Below are positions 12,006 to 25,008 of a stretch of 64,000 nucleotides of DNA, piece by piece. A model generated the notes under the pieces. That model ran no database searches. It saw nothing but the letters and a program-made list of their open reading frames with translations, and was not told where the DNA came from. How positions within the stretch are numbered: position 1 is the first letter of the stretch; every line of letters begins with the position of its first letter. A program made the position numbers and the translations under genes. The stretch comes from Botryllus schlosseri (lineage: Eukaryota), in the NCBI GenBank assembly GCA_051294905.1, contig CM119371.1, positions 17,484,001 to 17,548,000 on the forward strand. Direction: 5' to 3'.

Positions 12006-12926
12006 CAGTGCTTGGGGAACCGTTTTCGACGGTAGAGACATATTGGACAATATTTTCAATTGTAATTCCCAAACAGCCATACATGCCAATCAATTGTTAC
12101 GTCAACATTTACATCCGTGACGTATTGGTAGCACCAATATATGGGATTCGTGGTGTACGGATATTTTTCTGCCCACATGGGTGGGAGCCAAACATGTTCA
12201 CTACAGCAGTAAATACCCACCGTGTGATACGACAATAACGTGGGGTTTGCGGAGGAAACTGAGGCAGTGCCTCAGATGTCGTCATGGATGAGTGAAGAAA
12301 ATTGTGAACCCTTCAATGGTTACTGGTACTTTCTATCGATGTTTATGAATGACTAGTTTTTGAACATTTTTATTCCCAAAATCTCGAAATTTTCATTTTT
12401 ATTGTTCGTAAACAAAGCAAGAATGGAGAGGTTAGGCTAGGACAAGGCTAGCCCTCACCTATGTGCAACAGCGCAAATCATCGTAAATAGCTTAGAATTT
12501 AAGATCACTGATCCAAGTATTGATCAACTTCTAAAATATTCGGCGTAACGTAATGTTGCGTTACACACCTACATTTTTACTGCGGTGCTAAAAAGCTACT
12601 AACCAATCAAGAAAATGGACAGCTATGGCGTTGTTTTTATTTTTAATTTTTAATTGTGAACGTCACTTCCAAGACATCAACTTAAATTTGGCGATTTTGA
12701 AAAGACGGTGGTACGAGCCCCTTACTCTGGATACCCCACTGTCTTGACCTCTCAAAGACATGTTTATGCTTCCACGGGAATAATTATTCTCGCTGTCATG
12801 AAAATTTACCAACGAGTTGCTGGAATATTGATCAAATAAGTAAAAAATTGAAAATGCCTCAAAGAGCCATATCTTATACCCAAAATATCCATATATGGCT
12901 CGCGAGCAATAAGTTTCCGGCCAACG
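12006..12926. mobile_element. hAT-type MITE, inverted partner of 17073-18233
   Basis: cagtg terminus; ends and internal blocks (gataccccactgtcttgacctctcaaagacatgtttatgct) are reverse complements of the 17 kb copy. Confidence 0.85.
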
Positions 12927-15083
12927 AAAAACGGTCAAATGAAACAAACAGATTGACCTAGCTTAAGCTCAACGTACCGCAATATTCTAACTGAATCACG
13001 ACTGCTTAGGCATTGGTTTTAATATCAAGAAGCACATGACGAAAAATTGTGATTTAGACCAGTGCTCTTCAACCTTTTTCGTGGTGCGTCCTTGTAACGT
13101 CTACTGGAAACTCGTACATCACGGACCACATAACACGCTGACTCCGTAGTAAGCCTAACACAGGGATGTTCACTGTTCAGCCTTTTTGGTATTCACGGCC
13201 GTATTTGGATTAAATATATAGCATAAGGCCGCATTCCGGGAACGACCCGTCATGGGTCGGCTATATAGACGTTATGTAATCCTGCTAATAGGCTACTGGA
13301 AACTTCGCGCCCCGGAGAGCCCTTGTGGGGTTTTGCGCCATCACTGATTTCCTGCGTATAGAAGCTTTTAACTGTACCAGCAGAACATCCCACAAGCTTG
13401 CTATCTGTGCTCCGAAATTGGGAAGATAAATGCTAGGAAATGTTATCTTGATGCTTCTCCTTATCGCGCAGATTGCGAAAAATGTTTCCACCCGGAAAAT
13501 TAATTTCGTCGATACTATTGGTTATTTCATACATTACTTTCAAATATTTATCCATTTGTTTAGCCTACGTGATCAGAATAAACAGTGGAGCTGATGGAGG
13601 GGCTGTCTTCGAAAATTTTGGACACAAAATTAATGATGTTGCATCTTCCGATTTTATTGATCGATCAAATTTATGACGGTGTCAGCATTGTATGTCCTGG
13701 AGTTGAACCAAAAGTAGAATCTCTAAATTTATGAACAGATCACTGCTCCCTGATTCAAATCTCCATCCAGTTCGAAGAATCGGGAGAACCGACTTTTATC
13801 CCCAGTTTTGAAAATTGTGTATTGAGCTTGACCATCTTATGAAATGTCGCCAATGTTTCCGACCCGTGCACAATATCAGCGAATCGACGATTGGTTGGAT
13901 TTGAATCAACATATACAATATCTCCATATCGTCACTATATATTCAAATACCAATAGTGCGTTTAGGCTTATGATCCCAATTTTATATAGTACGGCCCGCG
14001 AGAAAAAAAGTTTGCCCACCCTTGCTCTAGGGTGTACCAGATGCGGCGTACTGAGGTGAAAAATATTCGCCATTATAGGAGGAACCGATGACAAGCAATC
14101 ACGATAAATAGGCAAGTTTACGTTTCGGAACAGGTCTATAGGACTAGTAATTACCGCCAATCATTATTTCCACGCGTGTCGTGCTTGTATTTATACCCTT
14201 GTGTTATACTCTCTATCGTATTTTCGTTTAACTGCACTCTGGATCGTGACCGTGTCGCCTGTCCTAAAGTTGTTGTTCTGCTGATAATATTCTCAATTCA
14301 TACTGAATCTTCGTCGTATGAGTTATTGTTCGAATAAGATCAAGAGCATAACAATCGGTGTCAGAATTCGAGTAATGTAGGGGTCCAACTCGAATAGATC
14401 TATTCCGTTGAGTTCGATGAAATGTCTGTATCATTACGAAAACATAGTTGCTGCGCTGCGCCTACCGATAATCAACGTCACCCGCAAATTCGCTACCCGA
14501 CATCGTACACTTTGAATTGTTGGATTGCTCGATGGATTAATTTATTGGAATGAAAAGATGACTCACATATTCAATATAGTTTTCAAATCCAAAAGTTCTT
14601 CCAAAGCAATTGCGAGGAACACTTTGTCAATTACAATTTCAAATTACAAACATAGTAATGTATATTGCCGTTTGTAAGATAGTTTTCTGTAGAGAAAAAT
14701 AATTGCCCATTCCTGCCATAGGATACACCGGGCTGAAGAGTAAGCGAAATCCTTCCTGATGATACAATCAATATCCACTGCCTACAGGGTTGCAGAACGG
14801 AAGGCTAAACGGGGTATTAGTTTGATATGCGATCGTACCGTCATATATTTGTATTCGTAACAAACCGTTTATAATAGTCTGTGTTCACGTGAGCATGAAC
14901 CTCAATGCAGGGCACTTTTGAAAATCCATGCGCGGTTTAATTAACATATAAGTAACGATAAACTGTATCGATCCGTACATATGAAATGACTCTTTATTTC
15001 CGTTTCAGGCATTATATCCAGAAATCTAATACGAATTACCAACGAAAATACCATGAAATTGACGGCTGTTGACATCCTTTCAG

Positions 15084-16432
15084 ATTTGAAAAGCTTCAGC
15101 AACCTGACTTTGAAGCTTTCCCGCAAATGCAAGAAATCGACGTGGAAGATTATTACAAAGGTCGCTATAACAATTCCAGCACGCAACGATCTCAGAAGTT
15201 AGGTGTCCATAATCAGCTGACAAAGGAAGTTGGGTTTTTTTGCCAAGAGGAAATTAAAGCAAAAACGATCGGAATTGATAACGTAATGACATCCATATGG
15301 CAAAGAGAAAATGGAAGCTCGCTAGAAACAGTTGGAGTAACCGCCATAGTGGCATCTGCTGGATCTGGAAAATCCACACTCACACGCAGAATAGCAAGAC
15401 AAGCTCTCGGTATATCTACTGGAGACGATGTCAAGTATCCACCATCTTACGATAAAAAAATGGTGCTTTATATTGAATTGAAGGATATAGAAGAAGTTCG
15501 CGAACTTAAACCGTCTCAATTTCTATTTGGGGGAATGTATCAAAGCGAAGAGGAAGAAGATCATGCATTCAAATGGCTATATAATCACCAGTCTGATGCA
15601 ATTTTAATATTTGACGGGCTTGATCAAGCAAGCTGGAGGTTTTATGAAAAGAGTCTCCGAAACATAGGAAACCATGAAAAAGCAAGTTCCTGGACCGTCA
15701 TGTATAACATTCTATCCCGTAATATCCTCCGTCACGTGAAAGTTTACATAGCATCACGCGAATTCAAGGTTTCGGAGTTGCCGGCGATGGCGCGACCCGA
15801 AACCATCATTAAGCTGAATGGTCTTACTTTAGAAGATGCGCATAGGCTATTTGTCTTTTTACTCAAAGAGAATGGTGAGGAAATATGGCAGAAAATTGAA
15901 TTCATGTCACCAAGACTGCTGAATTTGATTTCTGTCCCAGTTTTCTTGATTTTAACTGCAATTGTGATGGGAAGGGATCCAAGTAAACCTCCTCCGAAAA
16001 CATTAACAGAACTGTACAAGAGAATCGTATTAGCTCTGCAAAGCGTTGAGAACATTCGAAATAGGACACAAATTTTATCCATCGTCCACAAACTTAAAAA
16101 AATGGCATTTCAAGGTATGAAAGAAGAAAGGGTCGTGTTCAAAGAGACCGACTTGATACAGTTTGGAGTGTCCGCAGAGGATATCCAAGATTTAATGACG
16201 AAAGTTCCAGGGAACAATCTACTCAGCCGACATTTGATGCAAGGAGATTTCATATTCTTCTTCTGTCATCAAAGCCTTCAAGAATATCTGGCAGCGATCT
16301 TTATAACAGAAATGAAGTTTAACGAGTTCTCTCACTTCGATTTGGAACATCTTCATGAAGAGCGATGGTCCGTTGTGCGAAGTTTCGTGGCAGGCATCGT
16401 CTTCTCGAAATCAGAAAACGATCTTTACGAAG
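15084..16432 (+). CDS. NLR gene, NACHT NTPase exon
   Basis: Walker A ASAGSGKST (starts 15352), Walker B ILIFDGLDQ (15601-15627), ASRE sensor region, VPVF (PxxC-equivalent position), winged-helix FCHQSLQEYLAA (16261-16296), ERWSVVRSFVAG; donor gaag|gtcaga at 16432. Acceptors at 15008 or 15083; the ORF-track ATG at 15127 is probably internal. Confidence 0.95.
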
Positions 16433-17072
16433 GTCAGATATCAACCATAATACTATGTTTATAATTTTTGATTTCCCTCTACTGTAACCTCAACGGGATT
16501 TAAATTCGAATTCGACCGACGTCAACTGCATATCGTCTCGATAATTTCTTACGTAGGGTATCTAATCCACATGGGCATTTTCAGCGAATGTGGGCACTCA
16601 TTTAGGAATAATATCGTCGTGGTGTTCAATGATTATCAATCTCAAAACACCGGCAACGTGCTGGAAAATGATACTAATATACTAATTTTATACTAGGAAG
16701 TGAATTTTAAGAAATCAAATTACGTGGCTGGATTAAGTATAAAATATTGTGGGCGAGATAGTGGACGAACACATATTCCAATTCGCTGCAGTAGAGAATT
16801 CGACTTATGTATCTTTTTCCGTAGGACGTAGGTAGAGTTGAATTGCGAATTTCAAATTCGAGCGGGTTCCACTTAATTCGAAGACAGGCTTGCAATTCTC
16901 GTGTTTAGGTTACGGACTGAAATATAAACAATATTGTGTTCGTTTTAGCACAAGATGAGTGATTATATCGGAACAATGACGATCCATGCCATGAAAATTG
17001 AGAATGGACTTAAACAAAGACATTCCAGCTCCATTGTCGTTTTTAATTGGGTACATTCACGTGCATCTAGTA

Positions 17073-18233
17073 CAGCGGTCGGGAGCCTATGGCTCGTGAG
17101 CCATATATGGCTCTTTTGGGTACAGGATATGGCTATTTGATAATTTTTTTTAAATTTTGTACCTAATTTATCAATATTGTAGCAACTTGTTAATAAATTT
17201 TAATGAAGGATAGAATAATTATTCTCGTGTCAGCATAAACATGTCTTTGAGAGGTCAAGACAGTGGGGTATCCAGGGTTAGGGAATCGTGCCGACCTCTT
17301 TGCAAAATCCCCGCGTTCAAGTGCTGTTACACCAACGACTAATACCACTCGCGAATTCGGTCTAACCACAAACGCGCGCCTATAGCAATCTTGGATTGCA
17401 CGATACCCTGATTGACGAAAGAGAATAGAAGACATGGCCACCCTTGTTGAACAATGCAGTTTTCAAGTACACATTGTCTTTCTTATCTATGATGAGAAAT
17501 AAAATGACTTGGAATTGACATTCGCAATTACATGTTCAAATTAAAAACAGCGCCATAGCTATCAATTTTCTTGATTGATCAGTAGCTTTCTATCACCGCC
17601 GTAACAATGCAGGTGTGTAACGGAAGATTCGGTTACGCCGAATATCTTAGAAGTAGATCAATTCTTAGATTTTCAGAATCAGTGCGACGATTACATTTGA
17701 TTAATATCAGTGATCATAAATTCGAATTAAGCTATTTACGATGAGTTGTGCTGTCGCAAGTAAAGCTTAGCCCATCTGTGTCCCATCTGTGTCTCATCTG
17801 ACCCTTACCTCTTCTTCCGCGCTTTATTTCCGTACAATAAATATGAAAATACCATTATTTTGGGAATAAAAATGTTCAAAATCCAGTCAGTAATAAACAT
17901 CGATAGAAGATATCAATAACCCCTGCCGGGTTCACAATGTTCATTCTTTCATCCCTGACGATATCTGAGGCACAGCCTACCTTGCCTCTCCTTACCCCAC
18001 GTCACTGGCGTATCACACATTGGGTATCTACTGCTCTATTGACCATGTTTAGCTCCCCCTACCGACTGCAGAAAAACAGCGCATACTGCGAATCTCATAT
18101 ATTAATGCTTGCATACGCCAGGGATGTTCAATTGTGACGTAGCAGATGATTGACATGTATGGCTCTTTGGGAGTTACAATTGAAAATATATGGCCAATAT
18201 GAATTTTCGGTCGAAAAAGGTTCCCGGCCACTG
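17073..18233. mobile_element. hAT-type MITE, inverted partner of 12006-12926
   Basis: Termini cagcggtcggg / cccggccactg; reverse-complement colinearity with the 12 kb copy. Confidence 0.85.
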
Positions 18234-18240
18234 TCCAGTA

Positions 18241-19411
18241 CAGTGTTTCCCAACCCTTTTTCCACCCACGTACCACTTCGAGGTCTTATGCAGTGCTCGC
18301 GCACCACCTACATAATTTACGCACGCCGTAGGCGATCAAAATGTTTTCACTATTTATGACGCCGTAATCGCGTATTTTACTTATGTGGGGTGTAATAACT
18401 AGGGCTATTTTTTTCGTAAATATCTGAGGATGTTGATATAAAAAACTTAATTTTTACCAACTTTTGACCTCACGTACGTAAATTAGGTGTTTTCGCTTAT
18501 AATGGTAAAATTATACTACTTATAATCATTGCTGGTTAGGACTGTCTGTCCTTACGAAGTAGTTGGGCCTGAAAAAAGCGTTTTTGATTTGAAAACTGAC
18601 AAATTTTGACATGAAAATTTTTTATTTTAATGATATCTGGCTAAGTAGTTACACCGCTTATTATGGTACAGTTAATTAAAATTTGTTGCAGTATAACGAA
18701 CGATACTTTCCTACATTTATCGGGTAGCAAGTGTCTGTCCTTACTAAGCATCTTGCCAAGAATAGAGAAAAATCGTTCAACAGCAGTAATTGTTGGCTGA
18801 CAACACTGTGTTCACTGCCGGGGATACACCATGTTGTTTCATTCTGACAATGCTGTCGCCCATCACAATTATCCATCATGCGCTTCTTGATAAAATAGCC
18901 ATGCAATGCCCTAGCAACCTTTCTTTAGTTAGGATATTGCGGTACGTTGACCATAACACCATGTCAATTGTCAACCTATTTGTATCGTTCGGCGGTTTAT
19001 GATCGACGATCAGCAGACAATGGGCCATCTACAATGGCAGGCCTATAAAGTAGGCTACAAGCTGTAAAATATCAATATCTACGATACAAATGAAATGGAG
19101 GGGTCAAAAATTTGTTTTGACTTTGTAAACAATTTTCACGATTTTTTGACTTAATGCTTCAATTTTGTCAAAAAAAAATCGCCCTGGTAATACCAAATTC
19201 TATTAAACTAACAGCATTATCAGCCCGGTTTGATGAAATGCATAGAATTGTTTTTTCACCGCTAGTCTAAAAACTTGAAAAATTTCAAAATCAACCTCAC
19301 CTGAACTAATAACTTCCTCGGTCGAAAAAAAAAACAGAATCTACTCGCGTATCACCTGGAAGACCTTCGCGTACCACTAGTGATACGCGTACCACCGGTT
19401 GGGAAACACTG
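18241..19411. mobile_element. hAT-type MITE hosting a nested element
   Basis: TIR cagtgtttcccaacc / ggttgggaaacactg; TSD gtccagta / gtctagta. Confidence 0.85.
18400..19186 (-). mobile_element. hAT deletion derivative retaining the transposase C-terminus (copy 1 of 4)
   Basis: TIR tagggctattttt / aaaaatcgccctg, TSD gtaataac / gtaatacc; minus strand PTITAVERFFSILGKMLSKDRHLLP (hAT dimerisation-type motif). Confidence 0.85.
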
Positions 19412-19853
19412 GTCTAGTAGAACAGGTTGGTACAGACGAGTTGAGCAGAAAAAGTGAAATTGCTCGCGAAAGTAAACGGAAACAAAGATGATCTCGTGTC
19501 CATACTATTATTTGGCCCTGAAAGATAACGATATATACGTGAATCATGAATGTTTAGTGTTGACGTAGGTATGTCAAACTCAAGTTGGTCGGCGGCCGGA
19601 TTCAAACCTTAGAATTGATCGCAGGTCAGAATAGTCAAATTGCTCCAAATTATAGAGCCCTATTCTATCGATGCAATGGAATTCGTGGAATGCCGATGAT
19701 TGGTCGATTGAATACAGTTATATAAACTGCTAAAACAGTAACTTTAACGACGATGTACGTTGGCATATTGCTATGATTGCTATGTTTTTTGTCGCAATCA
19801 GGCAATAGAGCTGTGTATATAAACGCAGAGCTGGCACTTTAGTTCATCAATAA

Positions 19854-21228
19854 CACTGGTCAATACATATTTTTAGGCTGACAAAGTAGAGTGGTTTTGG
19901 GGGTTCTGAAGAGCACTGATTCCGAATATGACCTTGATTTTTTCAAATTGGCTCTTGTTGTGAAGATAACCCATGGAGCTATTTTGATCGAATCCTCTCA
20001 TTTTGGCGGTAATGACTAGATAGAAAAATCGACTTAGTCGTACTATAAAGTTTAGAAATTCAATCTACTTGTTATTTTTACACACAGAAGACTATTTTAA
20101 ATCAAAATACAGCAACAGCACTATATTTAGTGGTAAAAGATTAATCATAGTTACAGACTTTCACAGATATCATGTACATAAATAAACTCCAGTCTTGTAT
20201 ATAACTATTTACCTAGATGCTCAAATAACGTGGCATTAATTCAATCAGTTCTACGTCAACCACCTATAGTAAATTTGAAATAATCAGTTGGAATACAAGA
20301 TTATTGATATCTTTTAAATTGAAATTGTTTTTTGTACTATTTTCGCCTGTAAGCTATTTAGTGCAATTTCTCGAAAGGTTCCTGCAATGGTCTGACATAA
20401 TATGTTCAATATTGTACATCTCATCTGCCCTGATATCTTTCTTTTGTTGTTCTGATGTCTTGGTAGAACATCTCCCTTTGCTAATCAACAAGATGATCGG
20501 GAAATATATCAAGATGACTGAACAGGAAGTGAACTTTTATGCTCATGTTTGTTACAAGTTTTCGATATGCAGATAAGAATTTTCGGACCAACTGTTTGTA
20601 GCTGGGTGCATTGTGATCATCTAAAAAGTTTTATTTACTACATATTAGGGGAACTTACATGTTGTCAACTCCTTCCTAATGTGAAATTGGAATCTTTCAT
20701 CGGTATACTAGGTATACCCACTTTGTTAAATCAGTGGAAAATTATCCATCTACCAGTCAAAAGAAATGAGACACATATGAGTATTGTAGTTAGACCTTTC
20801 AAGGACAAATTTTATAGTTCTATACTCCTCTTTAATTTTGGTAGAATGACCAATTGATACAGGAGAATATGAATTTCCGTTGTGCAAAAGTACAATTTTT
20901 AGGCTTGACAAACTGCTTTTTGGACAAACAAATATTTCATATCATACCATGTTAATATTGATAGAATGACTGAGAATGACATGAGGGTTCCTTATAGTCA
21001 ATTAGTCATTCATGCGTAGTATGAAATTAGAAAAAACTTGATTTTCTTCCTACCAATTGATATATTTAAGGGTAAATATGGTGATTTTGGGCATTTTTAG
21101 GGGTATAAATATCTTCTGCCAGAGAGCCAATCTGGCAAAACGAATGTGATATTCGTAATCAGTAACCTCAAAAACCCCAGAAACGGCTCTCAGATGTTCT
21201 GCCTAAAAAATAATTTTGTTGACCAGTG
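19854..21228 (-). mobile_element. Chapaev3-type (CMC superfamily) DNA transposon, internally deleted
   Basis: CACTGGTCAA termini with long imperfect TIRs, TAA TSD on both sides; minus strand NFLDDHNAPSYKQLVRKFLSAYRKLVTNMSIKVHFLFSHLDIFPDHL...MFYQDIRTTKRRYQGR at about 20390-20630. Confidence 0.75.
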
Positions 21229-21539
21229 TAATAAATCGCGATTCCGGTTTTTCAAGGAGTCGAGGAGCTGTTACGTCATAAGCGAAAATGAAGTGCGCCC
21301 ACGGATATATATTTGCGTGATAAACCGGTACACCGGTTTCTAACTGGCGTTTTCACTCTGCAAATAAGTATATTTTGGTCCATTTCTCCATAACAATCTG
21401 TGCTCAGTGTGCACTTTTTCACTCTTGGGATTGGGTGTCAATGACAGCTGCTTGTTACTGAAAAAGGCGATTTTTGTACTAACAACCGAAAGATGTTGAC
21501 CTAAAAGTATAAATACTGATATTGTTCGAGCTGAAAAAC

Positions 21540-22075
21540 CTAAATTTGACATTATTTAGACCCCCTTGTTTGTAAATTAGGCGTCTTCCCACATCATGTT
21601 GGAATAGTACTACTTATCTTTATTTCTTGCAGGGACTGTCCGTCCTACGGAGTACATCAGCCAGAAAAAAAAAATTGACTTCAACGCTGACAAATTGTTA
21701 CATTGAAAAACCCAAGTTTTACCGAAATCTGAAGCTATGGAGAATTTCTGTAGTGTTACATCACGCAATATGGTAGAAATAATTTAAAAAGAAATTGTAG
21801 TACAACGAAAATACTTTTCTATATTCTCGGGTGGAAAGTGTCTGCCGTTACTAAGTAGCTTGTCAAACATGGAATAAGAACGTTTACCAGCATCAGTTGT
21901 TGGTTGCCAACTCTGAAATTGTGGGTAGCCTACAGTGCTGGTGACATACCGTGTTGCTTCGTTCCGACAATGTGCTCTACACCCTGCATCACAATCATTC
22001 ATCGTGTGCTTCTTGATATAAGAACCAATGTCCACGCATTCTTGTGGCATACTTATAGGTCAATCAGAGCCGAAA
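21540..22075 (-). mobile_element. hAT deletion derivative, copy 2 (truncated)
   Basis: Colinear with 18400-19186; minus ORF contains KRSYSMFDKLLSNGRHFPPENIEKY. Confidence 0.8.
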
Positions 22076-22189
22076 GAAGGCTACCTTGGAGCCGCATACC
22101 ACTCTGAGAGCCGCGGTTGGGAATCACTTGGTTGAGCGAGGAAGCTAGGACTTGTCAAGTCCGTCCATACGTCAGTGGTTATTACAAAG

Positions 22190-23005
22190 TCCATTTTTTT
22201 CTTGACTTGAAAAACAGAATATTTTGAATAAAAAAATCAACATTTTGGCAGTTAGTGACCATTAAAATCTTAATTTTGACCAGATTTGACCTAACTTATG
22301 CATGTTATTTGTGAGTTATGTGTTTTACCACATAGTGTTAGAATTGTTCTACTTATATTTATTTCTGGTTGCAACTGTCCGTCATTTCGAAGTAGTTTGA
22401 CCTGAAAAAACTTTTTTGACTCAACAAATGACAACTTTTTACATGAAAAAAATTGTTTTTACGAAATCTGGCTTTATGAAGAATTCAAGTATTTAAACAC
22501 CTGTCCTTACTAAGTAGATTGTCAAGATTGAAGAAAGAACGTTCAACAGCAGCAGCAGATAGCTGACAACGCTGAATTTGTGCGTACACTGTTGGCGACA
22601 CAACGTGTTGCTTCATTATGACAATGTTGTCTACCTCACAATTTTTCATCATGCGCTACTTGATATAATACTCATGCAATGTCCACGCAGTCTTGCTTCA
22701 GTAATGATATTGCGGTGCGTTGAGCAATGCGCATAACACCATGTAAACCTATTTGTTTCATTTGAATGTTTATGATTCACAACGAGCAGACAATGGGCTG
22801 ACTACAACGGTACGCCTATAAAGTAGACAACAATCTGCAAAATGTGAAATAATAAGTTCACCGACAGTGTAAAATCTCCGATACAAACGAAATGCAGGTT
22901 GCAAAAATATTTGGACTTCGGAAACAATTTTGACATTTTTGACCTAACGCTACGATTTTGACATCATTTTGACTATTTTTCACAAGTAAAAAAATCGCTA
23001 TAGTT
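22190..23005 (-). mobile_element. hAT deletion derivative, copy 3
   Basis: Colinear with copy 1; degenerate terminus aaaaaatcgctatag. Confidence 0.8.
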
Positions 23006-23035
23006 ATTGCTACTTCAAATTCTCCTTCAGTTCAA

Positions 23036-23470
23036 CTATGCCTTCATCACTTTCATTGCAAGTATGCCTATTAACAGTGCATCTCGATGGCAAAATATCT
23101 GTTTTTGCCACCTGAGAATGCTTGACACCAATCTCAATGAGCGAATGAGAACAATGGCCAGTTCTTCAATGCTGCCACGTTCTATAGCTGATAAGGGACG
23201 AACATCCTTAACAATATACGTTATAGATGCGTCCAATAATTTATTTTTGGTTGCCGCTGCTAGAACTACTGTGATGTTCCTCTGTCCTTTCTGAGTTTCC
23301 TGTCTTGCAGCTTTGCAATAAAGCTGCATGTAGCTCAATAAATGGGAAGTAACACCAGTCTCTCGATCATGCTCTGATGACTCATCACACAAAGTGCACG
23401 AAACGTTACCTGCGTACTTCCGGTATTTGGCACAATGCAAAACAGTGCTTTTGGGTTTATTAGGGGTGTT
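23036..23470 (-). pseudogene. Hermes/hobo-like hAT transposase N-terminal relic (BED-finger-like plus DNA-binding domain)
   Basis: PKSTVL...VSCTLC...GVTSHL (BED-like) followed by KNKLLDASITYIVKDVRPLSAIERGS, matching the DxRP[F/L]S motif of Hermes-type transposases. Confidence 0.65.
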
Positions 23471-24309
23471 GCTTTCATGTAATTTCCACCATCATTTTCA
23501 CAACACCGTAACTCGCACTCATACTGTTTAGACTTCTAAATATGGTCGCTCTCGTTCAACTATGATAAGAACAAGTATAATTCAGTAATATTTCAACATT
23601 GCAAAACCTCATAATTGCAACTCTCTGAAATATGTTAACGTTAACCAGTAACCGCATGCCTTTGATGTGTTTGTCAGCATATATCGCCTGAATTGTGATC
23701 TGTCTGTAATTAGGTAATAAAACAATGGAATACAATGCCGCAGTGTCCCGCGTAAACAACGGACAACATAATCGACCCTATTGTCGTAACTCCGTGATAT
23801 TTGCGAAATTGGAACTTCCTCAAACCTCACCGACGTCGATGACTTTTACTCGGCGTCGTGCATTAGTAAATACAAACTGGATGTAGTAACAATTCTTCTC
23901 TCCCACCGCTCCGCAATTCTGGTTGCGAAATCAGCGTACCCGAGTCAGGTTATTGGCACGCCAGAACTTGAAACTCAGTACAAGTTCAACTGTATCCGTA
24001 AAATAATTCACAATGCCGTCAGATCCGGATATGTGGAGACTAAAAAATTAATTTAATAGTTCTTGGGTCAGAAACCGGTTATACTAAACATCCTTTTTGT
24101 GTCTGTGCACTTCCTCGTCATTCCAAAAGGCCTAGATTTGGGCCCCGCTACAGGCCGGCAGTTACGGAATCAAAAACGACGAATATCGGCCTGTTATATA
24201 TCACAATTGTAATCGACAAACCTGATGAATACTACAAAGAACAACTCGAGGACAGATGACCACCAATACACACAATTTAGCTGGCCACACGAAACATGTT
24301 TTAAACCTG

Positions 24310-24950
24310 GTTACACACATATTGTTAGAATTGTACTACTTATCTTTATTTCTTGTTGGAAATGTCTGTCCTTACGAAGTGGTTTGGCCTTAAATAACTT
24401 ATTTGACACAAAAACTGACAAATTTTACATGAAAAAACAATATTTTAACAAAATCTATACCTATGAATAATTGCAATACAGCTAATCACGTATTACAGTA
24501 TAAATAATTAAAATTTGTTGCAGTACAATGAAATATACTTTCCTACATTCTCGGGTAGAAAGTGTCTGTCCTTACTGAGTAACTTGTCACGAATGGAGAA
24601 CAAACGTTCAACAGCTGTGTTAGCTGGTAACACTGAGGTTATGCATACACTGCTGGGATCAAACCGTGTTGCTTCACTCTGACAAGGTTTTCTTCGTCAC
24701 ATTTTGCCATCATCCACTTCTTGATATAGGAACCAATGCCTACGCAGTCTTGCCTGCATTAGGATATTGCGCTACGTTGAGCACATCAGTCTATACAAAC
24801 TGTAAAATGTGAAATGATAGGATTACCGACTGTACAAACATCTACAATACAAACGACATGCAGGTTGCATTTTTTTTTACAAAGTTTACCGGACGCTACA
24901 ATTGTGATAAATTTTTGAATTATTTCGTCATATTAAAAATAATCGCCCTG
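24310..24950 (-). mobile_element. hAT deletion derivative, copy 4
   Basis: Terminus aatcgccctg at 24950; minus strand PANTAVERLFSIRDKLLSKDRHFLPENVGKYISLYCNKF* at 24508-24627. Confidence 0.85.
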
Positions 24951-25008
24951 CTCATCAGAATTTCGTTCCAGTTAACTGTAAATATTGAAATAGCTACGTA
25001 TCGTAATA

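Noticed and set aside
15070-15072. Selenocysteine or programmed readthrough at the TGA
   Set aside because: No SECIS identifiable and no precedent needed; a nonsense change or alternative acceptor is simpler
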